64,000 nucleotides of DNA from Fistulifera solaris (GCA_030295235.1 AP026152.1:124001-188000), one strand, 5' to 3'; shown: positions 32,390 through 45,578, numbered from the stretch's first letter. Notes: generated by a model from the letters alone, not told the origin. Program-made: numbers and translations.

Positions 32390-34229
32390 TTATTCTACAC
32401 GACAAGTACCATCCCAGCACGACGGACCCGCGGCCGGTACAATGCGAATAATGTTGGCAGCACCGGGTGTACCGAACGGCAAACCCGCCGTCACCACCAA
32501 CAAATCGTCCGGGTCACTCACCAATCCCTTTTTTAGGGCGGCACGGCACGCATTGCGCAAGACCAAATCAAAATCATCGGTCGACTGTTCTTGCAAGGCA
32601 CTGTCGTACGTCATGGCATTCTCGTCTTGCACAATGTATCCGTACGAACCGGCCGTGGGCAGATCTGGGTACACACCCCAGCTGAGGGCCAACTGACGAC
32701 TGGTTTCTTTGAAGGGACACAATGCCATGATGGGGACGGCCGGTCGAGCCTTACTGGCACGCAGCACGGTCGAACCGCGGAGCGAAAAAGCACACAATAC
32801 TCTTGGCCTTGATGGTTTGACTGATTTGGTACGCCGCATGAATGACCGCATCTGTGGGAGTATTCTCGGGCGCAGGGGCGTTTTGTGCCAAGTACGAGCG
32901 GTAATGACTATCACTTTCGACGCGATTGATGATGCGCTGTTGCATCGTGACACTTTCTTCCGGATACTTGCCCGCCGCCGACTCGGCCGACAACATGATG
33001 GCATCGGCTCCATCGTAAATCGCCGTCGCGACATCACTGGCTTCGGCGCGGGTGGGCGTCGGCGCTTCAATCATACTTTCCAACATTTGCGTCGCCACAA
33101 TCACCGGTCGACCCTTTTGACGACACGTATCAATGATTTGTTTCTGCAACAAGGGCACATCCTCGGGAGGACATTCGACACCCAAATCACCACGTGCCAC
33201 CATGATGCCGTTGCACAATTCGACGATGCGTTCCAAATTGTCGCCAATGAAACAACTGGGTTTTTCAATTTTGGCCATGACGGCGGGTTTGAAAGCTCCC
33301 TGCGGCAATTTCGCATCAATGAGGGCATTGATTTCGACAATATCCGCGGGTGTTTGTACAAACGACAAGGCGACCCAATCCACACCAATCGATAACATGT
33401 AATCCAAATCACTGCGATCTTTGGGAGTGAGGGCACTGATCGCCAAGACACTGTCTGGGGTATTGACACCCTTGCGGTCCTTGACACGGCCTTCGACATC
33501 GACGCGGCAATCAAGGTAACCGGGGCCTTTGCCAATGACCGTGAATTTGACTTTCCCGTCATCAATCAAAAGATTGTGTCCGACTTCACTGGCTTCAATG
33601 ATTTCGGGATGGGGCAATTGACAACGTGTGTTATCACCCTTGGTCGGATCCAAATCGAGACGAAAGGTTTGACCCGCCTGCAACACATAACCATCCGGAT
33701 GACTGAATTCACCCAACTGTTTTGGAGAAAGAAGAAGAAGAATGTTAGAAGATCGAAAAGAAGGAAAGAAAGGAACGATGCATAATCCTTCACTTACGCG
33801 CAACTTCGGGCCTTGCAAATCCCCCCAAAATGGCAATCGGATGGCTGTATTTCTCTTCGACACTGCGAATCATATCGAGCAATTCTTTCTTTTGTTCTTG
33901 AGATCCGTGACTGAAATTGAGACGAAAGACATCGGCACCGGCGAGGAACAATTTTTCAATCATTTCAAGGTTCGACGACGCCGGACCCAATGTGACGACT
34001 TGTTTCGTCGATTTGCGCCAACGTTGAGCTACTTTGGGAGCGACGGCGACATTGGAAATGGCGGGGGCACTGTTGGAGGCGCCGCCGCCGTACGTATAAC
34101 CCATATTGCCGTTCACCGGGGGCGGCATCGTCGCAAAGAGTGCCTTGGCGGTCGCCGGAGAGGACGGCGTCAAAAGGCCGAAGCCGTCGACACGCAGGCG
34201 ACAAATACGATAGACGAAGAAAATTTCAT
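32390..34229 (-). CDS. PK: Pyruvate kinase, plastid-targeted; intron 33717-33797; homopolymer frameshifts near 34172, 33823, 32785
   Basis: MKFSSSIVFVACVSTASA|F presequence. Motifs TKQVVTLGPAS, GADVFRLNFSHG, DLQGPKLR, LLIDDG, KGVNTP, ALSFVQ, AKIE, MVARGDLGVE, ATQMLESM, PTRAEASDVA, MLSAESAAGKYP, GLPFGTPGAANIIRI. Confidence 0.96.
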
Positions 34230-34791
34230 TCTAGAAGAGGGAGTAGTAGAGATAGAATGAATAGCAAGAGACGAGAAACAAACGATCTCTCGAATTTCTA
34301 ATGATGAATAAAAGGTGATCGACGTCAACAAACGACAGAACAAACAAAATCTTGCATGTGTCGATGGCGCGAGTTTCGTATGTCACTCTTTCGTCTCGGA
34401 CATTGTTTTCTACTATCTGCAGTCACGAAACGACACAAACATCGAAACGGATCTACAACGTCACTCTGTCTCTCGTCCCGAAATGCGGTACGTCGTTGAA
34501 ATACACAGTGACGTTGGCTTGCCTCTGTGTCGTAGTAGGCATGTTTCTGCTTTCTGTCGCAGTGTTTTGTCCGGATACATAAACTACGATACTACAACAT
34601 AAAATGACGTCACTTTCTCTTGGAGGGAGATAACGAAGTGTTTCCGGACTGGCGACGGACGGAGAGCGCCTAGTCAGTCATGAGGCGTGAGGTTTATTCC
34701 CGAATGTTTTGCTACGGATCGCCATTTTCATCGTCTTATCTCCGACCTTGCAACGTATGATCTGAACCTTACCTTCGAGAACTATGAGAAT

Positions 34792-35546
34792 TCACTTCCA
34801 GGTACGTATCTTGGTATTGACTAAAGAATGAATGCAGAAATTGATCATACAAATTATGGATGAATACATTGATTTACATGGATCATGAAAAATTAATGAC
34901 ACTGGTTCTAGACTCACTCGTGCGATTTCATCCTGATATGCGACAGGGCTTCCAATCACACGTTTTCTCTCACGTCCTTTGTTTGAGCCCTCTGAGTATG
35001 ACCCCTTTTTACACGTTCGTAAAGGAACTCGCCTTAATTTCCATACCGGCTTCTTTCGCATCGGCCACAATCTTTTCAACAAATCTTCACTGGATTGCAG
35101 CGCTGCCTCGATGTTTTTGGTCAGTTGATCCAGTTCTGCATCGTGAGGAATCTCTTTTCGAGGACCTTTTTCCAACTGCTCGGAATGGATTCGAGTAGTA
35201 ATTCGGGTGACTTGGATGAATCATTCTCTGTCTCTGGTAACTTTATTCGGGGTTCAGAAGAGGAGGATTGGGAATTGTCCGTCACAACAGCCGTCGTATG
35301 ATTCGTGTTGGATGAAAGCCATATTCCGCAAACCAAAATGATTGCCAACAGGATAAGCTTTCGAAAGATCGACAAGACTTCTTCTTTTTCGTCTCGATAA
35401 TCCGTAAGCCGACTTGCATTCGCGGGTAACACCCACGTGGATTCTTGGGAAATAGGATCATAGTAATATTCGCGTTGTTTCGCTTTGCTATAATAAACAC
35501 GCCATTCTCGAGGGGATGCGTGACTGTTGTTAATTTGCTCGGTCAT
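34792..35546 (-). CDS. WW-domain protein with one TM helix (frameshifted; 3' end uncertain)
   Basis: PREWRVYYSKAKQREYYYDPISQESTWVLP is a WW domain. TM LILLAIILVCGIWL. The ORF continues in another frame after about 35170. Confidence 0.7.
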
Positions 35547-36134
35547 TCTTCGTCTATTGGGGATACGCGTGCAACAAAAGGAGCCAATGAGACAGAAAGG
35601 ACGGCAAGTTCTTATTATAGGAAGGGAGAGAAACAAATAAATATCTCTTCTTGAATGAATAAATAATATGATAGACTTGTTCGGCCCGTTCTCAACAGCG
35701 CTATGTGCAAAAGCCTTCTTGCTCCTCTTGTGCGGATAATGTCCCCCCAAAAGATCCAATCACGAATTTGGAGCGACCCATTATTTACTCTACTTCTAAC
35801 AGTACGATAATCGCGGTCGAATGTCAGCTCGGAGCAGAAAAAGACTGTTTAAGTAATAGTACCCTGGGTCCCTAAGTATGCAAATCTATTTTCCTAGTAT
35901 CAAACTTGGATACTACTGTGATTCTCTCTTAGCGCAAGCGCGCAGTACCTATGTTGATTTTTCTATAGTGAATGAAAAAACTTTTTTTGTAAATAGATCA
36001 CTGAGTATCGGTTTCGAAGAACACCAAGCGCGTAGGCCCGCAATCCATCGCCGCTCGCCACTTTCTGCGAAACGATCACAAAAGTGAAAGCCAGTCTTCT
36101 TGCAGATCATCCATTCGCACCATCGAAGAAAAGA

Positions 36135-37958
36135 ATGAGTGAGAGATCCACTCCCGTCACCATGAGGAAGGGCATTAGCCCGCTGCGTGAAAGTCCGTCC
36201 AACTACAATGAGTCGCCGCTGCAGCAAGTGCCGCCGCTCTACCCTCTCCGAATGGTAGATTCGGAATTGTCCCACACCAAGATCTGCGGCAAAGGAATGA
36301 TCGACAAGATCTTGGGAAAACAAGAGAACAGTCGACAAGTTGTTCTTCCATTTGGAGGCTATCATCCTTTCGATGGAGTGGAAGTCCCTGATTCTCCCAT
36401 CACATTGTATTCTTCGTACGACGGCAAGGGAGCGATCGGCGATGCCACGCCGGAAACACCTACCGACGAAAACGCACCCCAGTTTAGTCCGGCACAAATT
36501 CGCTTGTCGGCCGATAAGCATGGTGTGGAAGCGCAGCATACGCCGATCCGATCAAATGGCTCCATCGCTTCGCCCATTCATTCGAATGGAGACCACGGGA
36601 GTTACTCGACACCATCGTCTCGTAAAAGTACCAAATCGGTGGGGTCGGCCAAATCGTCGGAGAAACGTAGAATCTCGTCATTGTTTCGTCGCAAACCACC
36701 CACGCCGTACCCAAAATCGGGGCCGTTGCCGGTGGTGGTGGAAGTGCCTTCCAACGATGCTAGTGATTCGAACCCAGATAACAACCACTTGGAGCTAAAG
36801 AGTAATAGCGACATGGCTCCATCGACGGCATCGACGCATCCTGTGAATTCATCCGGCTCCTCCATTTCGTCGGAAACCGACGCAGTGTTGCAAGCGATGC
36901 GCGATCTCGTGTTGAGGCAACAGGAGGCACTCCAGGCGTTGGCGGAAGAGAAGGCACAGTATGCCAAGGAACTGGAACTACAACGAGCTTCGGTAACGAC
37001 GTTACAAACGGTGAATCAAGAACAATCGGAAAAAATCAATTTGCTTGCCAGCACGAATCAACAGGTGCAATCCGAGTCGGAGTGGTTGCGCGAACAAATA
37101 CAGGCAATACGCCAAGAAGTGATGTCGCTTCATAAGAGCTCGTCCCAGCAGGATACACTAGACGGGAACCAGTCGCCCTCCACTCACCACGGTGATACTG
37201 TGGCCGACAAAGTCTCCGTGACAGTGAGCGGGGATAGTCGCGAAGCTAGAAAGAGCGGTGACTTTGACAATGCTAAAGCTGACAATCACCTTGGCATTTC
37301 ATCAAAAGACAAATTCAGCTATACCACAGATAGTGATTCCTTGACGAATGAAAGTGGCGCTGGCCCCTTTCCCATGTGGACAAACGTGGGAGGCATTAAG
37401 GATCTTTATCACAGCGAAAAGATGAACAACACCACTTCCAACCAATCACTATCGATGCAGCCAGCTACTTCGACAACAGTAAGTCGTCCAGCCAAAAATA
37501 GGGACGAGGCGCGATTGGCTTGGGATGATTCAGAGTCAATGTTCGCTTCAATCAACGACCAGAGTCAACACAGCGGCTTCAGTGCGGCGTCGACCCAATT
37601 GTGTTATGTGTTCCAATCCAACCAAGGCCATACTACCACCACGAAAAAACTCAAACCCGCTTTGAGAGCAGCGAAAGTTACGGTCTCCACGGTAGAACCT
37701 TCATTTCAACGCTCTGTCACATTTAACAGTCCACTAAGTGAAACTAACATGATCTCGCGTTTCGGTGACGAAAACTTCGGGGACAAGTCCTCGTCTAACA
37801 AGTCTTCTTCTCGCGAAGAAATTGGGGCGTACCGAAATCGGCTGGAAGCACTTCAAGAGCGTAGAGAGCAGCGAAAGACGCGACAAACGACGATACGTTG
37901 GGATGAAAAGTTTCTCAAAGAGTCAAAGGAAGACCAGCATAGATTCGGATACTGTTAG
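36135..37958 (+). CDS. Hypothetical Ser-rich disordered protein with central coiled coil
   Basis: Long uninterrupted ORF (624 aa from the upstream GTG). Heptad region LQAMRDLVLRQQEALQALAEEKAQYAKELELQ.... Confidence 0.75.
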   Translation: MSERSTPVTMRKGISPLRESPSNYNESPLQQVPPLYPLRMVDSELSHTKICGKGMIDKILGKQENSRQVVLPFGGYHPFDGVEVPDSPITLYSSYDGKGAIGDATPETPTDENAPQFSPAQIRLSADKHGVEAQHTPIRSNGSIASPIHSNGDHGSYSTPSSRKSTKSVGSAKSSEKRRISSLFRRKPPTPYPKSGPLPVVVEVPSNDASDSNPDNNHLELKSNSDMAPSTASTHPVNSSGSSISSETDAVLQAMRDLVLRQQEALQALAEEKAQYAKELELQRASVTTLQTVNQEQSEKINLLASTNQQVQSESEWLREQIQAIRQEVMSLHKSSSQQDTLDGNQSPSTHHGDTVADKVSVTVSGDSREARKSGDFDNAKADNHLGISSKDKFSYTTDSDSLTNESGAGPFPMWTNVGGIKDLYHSEKMNNTTSNQSLSMQPATSTTVSRPAKNRDEARLAWDDSESMFASINDQSQHSGFSAASTQLCYVFQSNQGHTTTTKKLKPALRAAKVTVSTVEPSFQRSVTFNSPLSETNMISRFGDENFGDKSSSNKSSSREEIGAYRNRLEALQERREQRKTRQTTIRWDEKFLKESKEDQHRFGYC

Positions 37959-38258
37959 TTTGATAGGTTAAAAATGTAGAGATCGTGTGAACACATTAAC
38001 TCTCGTTTGGACAAAAGAAGTGCTATCGATAGCTAGACGACAATGTTGCTTGCGCTAATTCTTTAGAAAGTGTTCGATTTGGCATAACACATCCTTGTAT
38101 TCCCGCCTTTCCGATTAAAGAAGCTACAGCAATGAAGTGATTGAGTAGCTCTAAACTTAGAACTGCGTAGAGATGCAACCTTTCTGGTAAAAACTGGATT
38201 ATTACGAAAATATTATACAACATCAATTCTTATGAACCACTGCTCCGAATTATACACA

Positions 38259-38927
38259 TCATTGGCGTTGAGGTGAGAGAATACTTCTCAGTCTGTTCGT
38301 AAATGACAAAGCAGGTTTCGTGGGTGACAAAAGGGCCGGATCGTCGTTTGCTTTCGACTCGGCGAGAAGGCGTTCCGCAAGCTTTTCTCGACGGATCGGA
38401 CTCATCAAAAGGTCTTTCCCGTGACGTCGTTTGGTGCGAATCGATTCAAAATCGTCTACCGTCAAGGGAGGATGCTCAATGTGCTTCCAATCCATTGTAA
38501 TGCTGGGTCCGCCCGAAGGGTGCACTGTTGCACCCAAAATTCGGGGGTATTCTCGAACGACAACTTGGTCAAACATTACAGAGAGCTTTCCAGCGTGTTG
38601 CACGGCAGGATGGAGAGAATCTCTCTTGGCTGTGACATCAGAGGAGGAGGATTTAAACGTCTTTCTGGTTGACTTCTTCTTTGCTGAGCTTCGCTTTGCG
38701 CATAGAGGGTCGCTTTCGATTGCCTGTAGAAGGTTTTCGGCTTCGTGAACGATATCGAGAACGCCAAGGCGTGGTATTTCCGAGAGATTGGGATTCACCT
38801 TCACAGATCCCACTATGTTCTCTGACAATCGATACGACAGTCGATCAATTTCAATGGCAGCAAAGCCATCGACCACGTTCGAATCCTTGGAGAAAGAGCT
38901 GCGTTGCTCGGCGACAAAATGAATCAT
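38259..38927 (-). CDS. Hypothetical protein with the widespread diatom V.F..V.VREY...LG...GP.I..DW motif
   Basis: SVMFDQVVVREYPRILGATVHPSGGPSITMDW...LTVDDFESIR...DLLMSPIRREKL in a 222-aa ORF. The family was recognised from memory; function is unknown. Confidence 0.72.
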   Translation of the reverse strand: MIHFVAEQRSSFSKDSNVVDGFAAIEIDRLSYRLSENIVGSVKVNPNLSEIPRLGVLDIVHEAENLLQAIESDPLCAKRSSAKKKSTRKTFKSSSSDVTAKRDSLHPAVQHAGKLSVMFDQVVVREYPRILGATVHPSGGPSITMDWKHIEHPPLTVDDFESIRTKRRHGKDLLMSPIRREKLAERLLAESKANDDPALLSPTKPALSFTNRLRSILSPQRQ

Positions 38928-40165
38928 TCCTGTGTTTTATAAGAAAGAAATGGAGAGAAATTCAAAGTCAAAGCGACTATTTGCTCCTGTAGATCAGTTT
39001 CGAAGCGAAGATTTGTGTGGGAAGTGGGGAAAGAATCGAAAAGAAAGAGAAAACAAAGACCAGCAAAGAGTGTAATAAAGTTCGTTTTCTCCTTTCTCCT
39101 CCTCGCAAAAAAATGGAAAAAGGCGTGGCGCGTTGGTGGCATTGATGGCACGTGGCAGGCTCGCCTGCTCGCCTTCTTTCTTCCGCTTTGAGAAACGGAA
39201 ATTGAAGGTCTTGGCATCGTTTCGCAGGTCTTAAAGTCACATGACGCTACTTTATCAATGACTCAAAACTTCAATCGTAAAAAGTTCGGTCTTTATTTGC
39301 ACTATGGAAAATTGAGGGACTTCAGTAGTTCATTCGGGTTTATTCGTTTATTCATCAAATGACTTAATATCGGACATAGACACAAGTACAAGTACTGTAG
39401 ATCGTGATTTTGTCTTCGTTCGGATAGTGGAGAGTAGGAAGCTGTGTCCGAAGGAAGAAGGGTTTTCCGATCGTCGTTTGCCCACTAAATAGCTTACAGT
39501 CACAGATTGTATCGGAAAGAAAGAAGAATTCACTCTTGAAACTTGAAATAATCCGTAATAAGGATTTGTTTTTTGGTTTTGGTTTTTATGGTGCAAAAAG
39601 TAAGGAGGCTTTTGTCTTCTTCGACATCACGTATTTCTAAAACGTAACGAAGTACATTTCCTTGACGACTCCCAGCTCCCAGACGTCCCAGACCCCAGAC
39701 TCACAGAAACCGAGGCGCTATCCCAGGATCTAAGTTGTCTAAGGATCTAAGTTGTCTAAGGCGTAAGGCGTAAGGCCAACTCTTGACTCCTCCTCTAGAC
39801 TCAGAGAGATAGCTGGCTAGAGGCTGAACCGGGGCCAATAACCCATGGCCACTGCCCATGGTTGTTTCTAGACAGCAAAGAAGAAATACTGGTCTTGCAG
39901 CCTTGTAACGACGAAGTGAATCATCAATCGGCCCGGCAACGAAATAGACAGTCTTGGATCTTGGCATTTTTAGGTTTGGGATGCTGTGCTCTGAAATGAT
40001 TACGATCAAATCTGCCCTTGATGAATGAAATTTTCGCTTATGATCAAATTCTAGGAAATGCAAGTAATCAATTATTCTACAGCTTTCTATGTGTTCAATT
40101 GCGTTCGCCCCCCTGCTATCATGACTTTGCTTTTTTAAATTGTAGTCATTGATCTCACAAAACTT

Positions 40166-43100
40166 CTATTTGTAAGGAAATGTCCCGCGGGGGAAGTGCT
40201 TTTTTCTCCATCGACTTCGCCTCAACGAACTTGTCAAGTCGGGGGTCACGAGGGTAATCTTTTCGCCTATTTTCAGTTTCATGTTGCGTATTCTTCCGCA
40301 CTGGGGTGCTTTGTCAAACAACGATTCACTGTCGGATTCTTCGTCGGGTAAGACGTCACCTAGCTCGAAAGCAGTAGGCTCTACAGATCCGCTCAAGTTG
40401 CTCTGAATCCGCGCAAGACTTTTCTTAGTGTACCACTCTTGTGTCCATTCCCCAGCTACAGGCATTGGAAAGGAATCAGGTCGGCAAATGGGCTGTGGGA
40501 TATCATGATTGCTATGCACTGGCACCAAAATTCCAAACCAGTTTTTGCAGAAGGAGACACTTTGCTCGTGTAGAAATCGTTGCTTCACGGGACGACTCTC
40601 CCAAGGAAGAGAATCGCGAGGATCACGTTCATTGCGACAAGAGGTGGATACGTAGAGTGAGTTTATGTGGACATCAAGGTATCCGGGATGCGCCATCGTC
40701 CTATCGGCATAAATCTCTTTCCATACGCTTGTTAAAGGATCGATTTTCGAGCGCTTGAGAAACGATCCACGATGAAAAAACTTGGCTGTGGTGTGAACGG
40801 CATCGATTTCTTTCGGTGGATGGACGTCCGCTATAATGAACCTTTGTGACTCGGTCCACACCATGTTCTGCTTGTTTCCATACATCGCCATGCTTCTTCG
40901 AATAATCCAAGCGTCCTCCATCATATCGAAACTGGAAGCATGTGACGCCGTCACAAACGATAGAGTGTCATTATCATCGTGTGAATACGATTCGGCGATT
41001 GAGCGGACTGTTTTGCTGGGGTAACCAAAACGCTTTTTCTTTTGCATTTGCTGCTCCTTCCAAAATTTCATTATGTGTTTGTCGAACGTAGCCTCTGTGT
41101 GATAAGAAACATTTTCGCTTATGTCTCCAAGTCCCCCTTTCAGATTTTTGTTGAGGGTTTGATCTCTCTGCAGTTGGCGGGTCAAGATGTTCGGAATGGG
41201 TCCGGCTTGGTGGCTTATCAGCGTATTCAGAGGATGTTGAACTGAAATTATCCAGATCATTGACACTGCCGGACATCAAAAGATTCGTCGCGAAATTATG
41301 CCACCGATTCTGATCGTTGCGCCGATAGTCTGACGTGAGAGCTCCGCAAAGCAGATCTACCTCGATTGCATCTATTCCATCTTCGCCTCCACTTCCTGAA
41401 TTCACAAGAATGTCGACGTAAGCCTGGTTGTCGTCAATACCGTCATTACCATCATGTTCCTCCACGCGTGACATAAACATAGAACTTCTTGTTGCAGCCT
41501 CTACCAGACGCGAAACAAAAACTTGAAATCCGCGAAGAACAGAGCCAGAAATTGGCATGGATCCTTGCGATGGCACGCGAGGCGAACCTGCTTCATCGGA
41601 GGGTACGGCTTCTATTTCTATATTTTGACGGCGCTCCTCCAGTAACAACTGTGCTAAGTTGAGAAACCTGTCCGCGGCATCAAGAGGCAGTCCTAGTTCA
41701 TCGGCTTTGCACATGATATTGGACACAGAGGTAGCTCGGGGCTCTTTATCGGCGACTAATGGATAGCAGAATTGTGCAAAAGCTTTTACAGTGGCTTCGT
41801 CATCCAAAGTAGACTGTTGCAATGATGTGACCAACATAGTCAGGGTTCGGACATCGTTTTTGAATTTTTCCTCCAATTCGCCTGGATTAGTCGTTTCTGG
41901 CTCGGGATCGATCAGTATAGGAGATTCGAATGTGCTCGCTGTTACGTTTGTTAGGTCATGAACTTCGTATGATTGCTCATGGGATTCAAATGTCTGTGAC
42001 TCTTCTTGCAATGTTTTATCGTGCTTTTCCTTGGTATAGTTTTTATTTTCTGGTATTGGTGGAAGCTTTTTGACAAGCCTAAGAGGCATCCGTTATCTTC
42101 TTTCTGAGATTTATCAATAATAGATTCCTCTGCAATGGCTCCGTCGCTACTTTCTTCACTGCCGAACTGGTGCATAATCTTTCCTATGCGGTTGCTCTTC
42201 ACTAGCATCTCAGGGCCGCCCATCCTGTCGCGCGCTCGTCCCTGAATGGTTGCCGTTTCGATCTCAACTTGTTCAATCATTTGTAAATTCTCCTTAGAAT
42301 CGCTGTCGAGTTCCATCTGCCTGGCTTTCTCACCAGTGGTGTCAAAGACGAGATCCGCGGACACCTCTGGGTCACGACTCGGTTTCATACCTAAGTTCAG
42401 GGAGCGCTCTTGATCATAGCGTAATATTGATCTCTGATTCATAGCTTTCTTTTCGTTCTCTCCCCTATCTTCGTCAACCGTTTGTAACGATTGCTGCGTG
42501 GACGATTCCGGATCTTGGCGCTTCTTTGGGTGATTTTCCGACGAAAAGTCGTTCTCGTCGTCGTCGGACCTTACCGAAAGGAAAGTAGCTGGAGGGTCCG
42601 CGGGTGAGGCATATCTCGGTTGGTATTTTGTGCTTTCCTTATCATGAAGTAAGTACGAAGGAAGCGTTTCGAGGTCAGATTCAACGCAGTTGTGTCGTTT
42701 TGCGCTCATTTCACTGCTTAGTTCCCGAGAGCCTTGCTGTTGATTGTCATAAACGGTTTGTAAATTGTCGGGTACCTCCTTTACCGCATTCATACCGTTG
42801 GTCTTGGCCAATTGGTCGATATAGGCCTCCAAGGACGCCAGCAATCCTGGACTGGCATTCAACGCCAAACTGGCGTCTTCCGACAATTGCGTCAAAATAT
42901 CCTCGTCGATCGTACTCGCACCTATGGAATTCGCTCCTTCTTCCACGTCTAACGCATTCGATGCCAAAGCCTTTTTGTTGCGTTTCGCGACCAAGTCAAT
43001 GAAGGCACCAATTTGGGACAATGTTTCCGGACTGATGTGTGCCGTCAAATCGTCCGAGAAAACGGTATCGTTCCTCTCGATAGTTTCCGTTTCGTCATCA

Positions 43101-43627
43101 TTTTGGAACTCGGCGATTTGCGAGGACGTTTCGGTATCCATGTCGCTCTCACATGCTTCCCTACGTGCCTCCAAAACCTTTCGCTTTTCCATTCCGCTGG
43201 GATCTTTGTTCGCTAGTGTGTAATCAATGTAATTCGAGATGGATTTGAGCATATCCGGGTGTTCATTTTCCAGTATAACAGTGCCGGGTAGAGTGCTACC
43301 ATCATCCTCTTCTTCGTCATGGCTAAGATAATTATTTGTTTTCGCATGAATGTATTTTCCGAGAGACGAGAGTGTTTCTTGCCGCCATTGGGCATGTACC
43401 ATCCCATCTTCCAATTCCTGCGCCAACGGTTCGTCTTCTTTTGAAAGTACCCGAATCAGTTTCTCCATACTTTGAACGGTTTCAATATCAATTTTGCCTA
43501 AACTAATCAAATCATCATTCGAATCCGTTAATTCGAACGTTCGTTTCGAGTACAGCTCGTCGACGTAACGCGACAATCGATCGAGCGATTCTGCGTCCAG
43601 CGGAACGTTCTCTTCCGCGTAATCCAT
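40166..43627 (-). CDS. Large acidic hypothetical protein (about 1,150 aa), split by frameshifts near 42085 and 41260
   Basis: Three overlapping long same-strand ORFs (558, 371, 366 aa). Repeated L..L..YID helices N-terminally. Trp-rich C-terminus (LPWESRPVKQRFL...KNWFG...GEWTQEWY...SLRRSRWRKK). Confidence 0.72.
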
Positions 43628-44070
43628 CTTTCTGTTCCAGTGAATGTTACGTTCCAGCTAATTGATTTGAATGATAGACTGTGTATTCAATTCTTACGAC
43701 AAGAAGATGATGAACCAGCGTTTATCATTCGACCACGCAGTTTTCTGTGTGTCTCTTGAAGGGCAACAAAGGGAATTTGACGGTCCGTAAATACGCATCG
43801 CGCGGCCGTAAGTGTTGATCTTCGCCGATTTTATTTGTCTAAAAACACATCGTGTCAGCCAAAATGATCCTAAGTAAGACGTCTGTTGGTTATCCGTTGT
43901 TATGATCTCTGCTTTAAGTATTCGTAAAGATATTTTCGAAATAATGCAATCAGTACCGGTCTCGTACACATGGCGCAAAACCTCACCCACTTCACAATTC
44001 TTTCACCATGTAACACACACAAGAGTTAGTTAACCTAAAACTGTTTTATAAAGTATACTGTAAACGTATG

Positions 44071-45578
44071 CTATCTACTACGTTTCTTGGACGGAATAAA
44101 GAGTCCACTCGATTCCTGCACCACCATTTCATCTGACAAGTCCTCCAAGTCCTCATCTTTCTTGAGTGCATCCAAACCCGCCAGGTCCCCCAGTTCATTC
44201 ATGTCGTCATCGTCCAATGCGAACGTAAAGACTTGTCGCAGTTGCCGTTCCCGCGGTGTACGGACGCGGCCGTCGTCGGGATAGACCAATTGGCATGTGA
44301 CAATCGTTCCAGATACCTTGTCGAGTTGTAACATCCATCGGAGTACGATACTCGATATCGAAACCGAGTGCTTACGCGCAATCCGATGCAAAGCCGACAG
44401 TACCTGAGTTTGATACATTTCCCACAATTTGCGCTTGTCCAAGTTGTTGACAATGGCATCCTCTAGGTCTACGGATGGGACACCTGTTCGCGTGGGCGTG
44501 CCTTTCACCGCCCTTTGCTGAGCCCACGTTGCGTACACTGTATTCCAGTAGTATCGTTCCCTGTACCGGAATTCCCACGATGGCATCACGTTGCGTTGTC
44601 CAAAATATCGTTCCGTCAGTAATCCACCCGCCAACGGTGATGCCACAATCAAAGGATGGTCCAATTTCGTCTGTTGCAAGTGATCAACTTGGTCTTGATA
44701 CTGCGACAGATCAAACAGATTGGCGTCGCAGTGCATGGTATCCAACAAAAACCCATATTCGTGAGCCAACATCTGTTGCACCGAGGATAATTGATGTGCA
44801 TCGATGGCAGCCAAATAGCCTTCACGTTGCAGATCTTGCAAAGTGTCCAAAATGTAAACAAATAAGGTGATGACACTCCTCTCAGCTGCAAACAATCAAT
44901 AACTTCAGCTCCGGTCCGGTCTAGAATTTCGGAGATGGATTGTCGTATGATACGACTATGACTGCGTGGTCCAGAAGTCATCAGTTCTTGTACGATGGTC
45001 GCCATTGGATAAGGAATGGTAAAATGACACTGGTTGTGACAAAAGGATGGTGTTTCGCGGTAAAATTTCCCCACAATGTTACTTTCCGCCCATTGCTGCT
45101 GTTCCACGGATTGACTCCGCAGATGGAAGGTCGGAAAGCCCGACTCTACATAATTCTGCAGAGCTTTGACGACACTGTCGTTCTCAATTCGTTCTTCCTT
45201 GAGATTGACCCATAAGGACGGAATATCGAGTGCCACACCAATCCTACAGCGTTGTAAATTGTGCAAGGATGAAAAATACGCACCCTCGGGCAAAGGTCCG
45301 TTGTGATCCAATGTGGGGACACTGGGAAGCTTCGATTTAAGCTTTTCCTGAGTCACCGTGCCCCAGAAATTTGTCGACAACACTTCGGGACGATCCGACG
45401 ACTCTGCTCGGGGTGAATGGCGATTGAATGCATCCGGTGCTCGATGTCGCGAAAAGAAAGGACGATTCTGCCAACATAGTTGCTTCTGTCGTGAATGGGT
45501 GCCATCCTGCACGTGTAGGAAAGCATCGCTAAGAAACAACAATATTTCGAATAGTAAGAGCCGTACGGGTCGAACCAT
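44071..45578 (-). CDS. Aldo-keto reductase-fold protein, probably plastid-targeted (frameshift near 44858)
   Basis: Signal peptide ending SDA|F. Motifs IIRQSISEILDRTG..IDCLQL, ILDTLQDLQREG, SPLAGGLLTERY, LHRIARKHSVSISSIVLRWMLQ, VFTFALDDDDMNEL. Confidence 0.78.

Noticed and set aside
32390..34229. Programmed frameshifting in pyruvate kinase and other housekeeping genes
   Set aside because: The breaks sit in homopolymer runs and go in both directions, which is typical of sequencing error.
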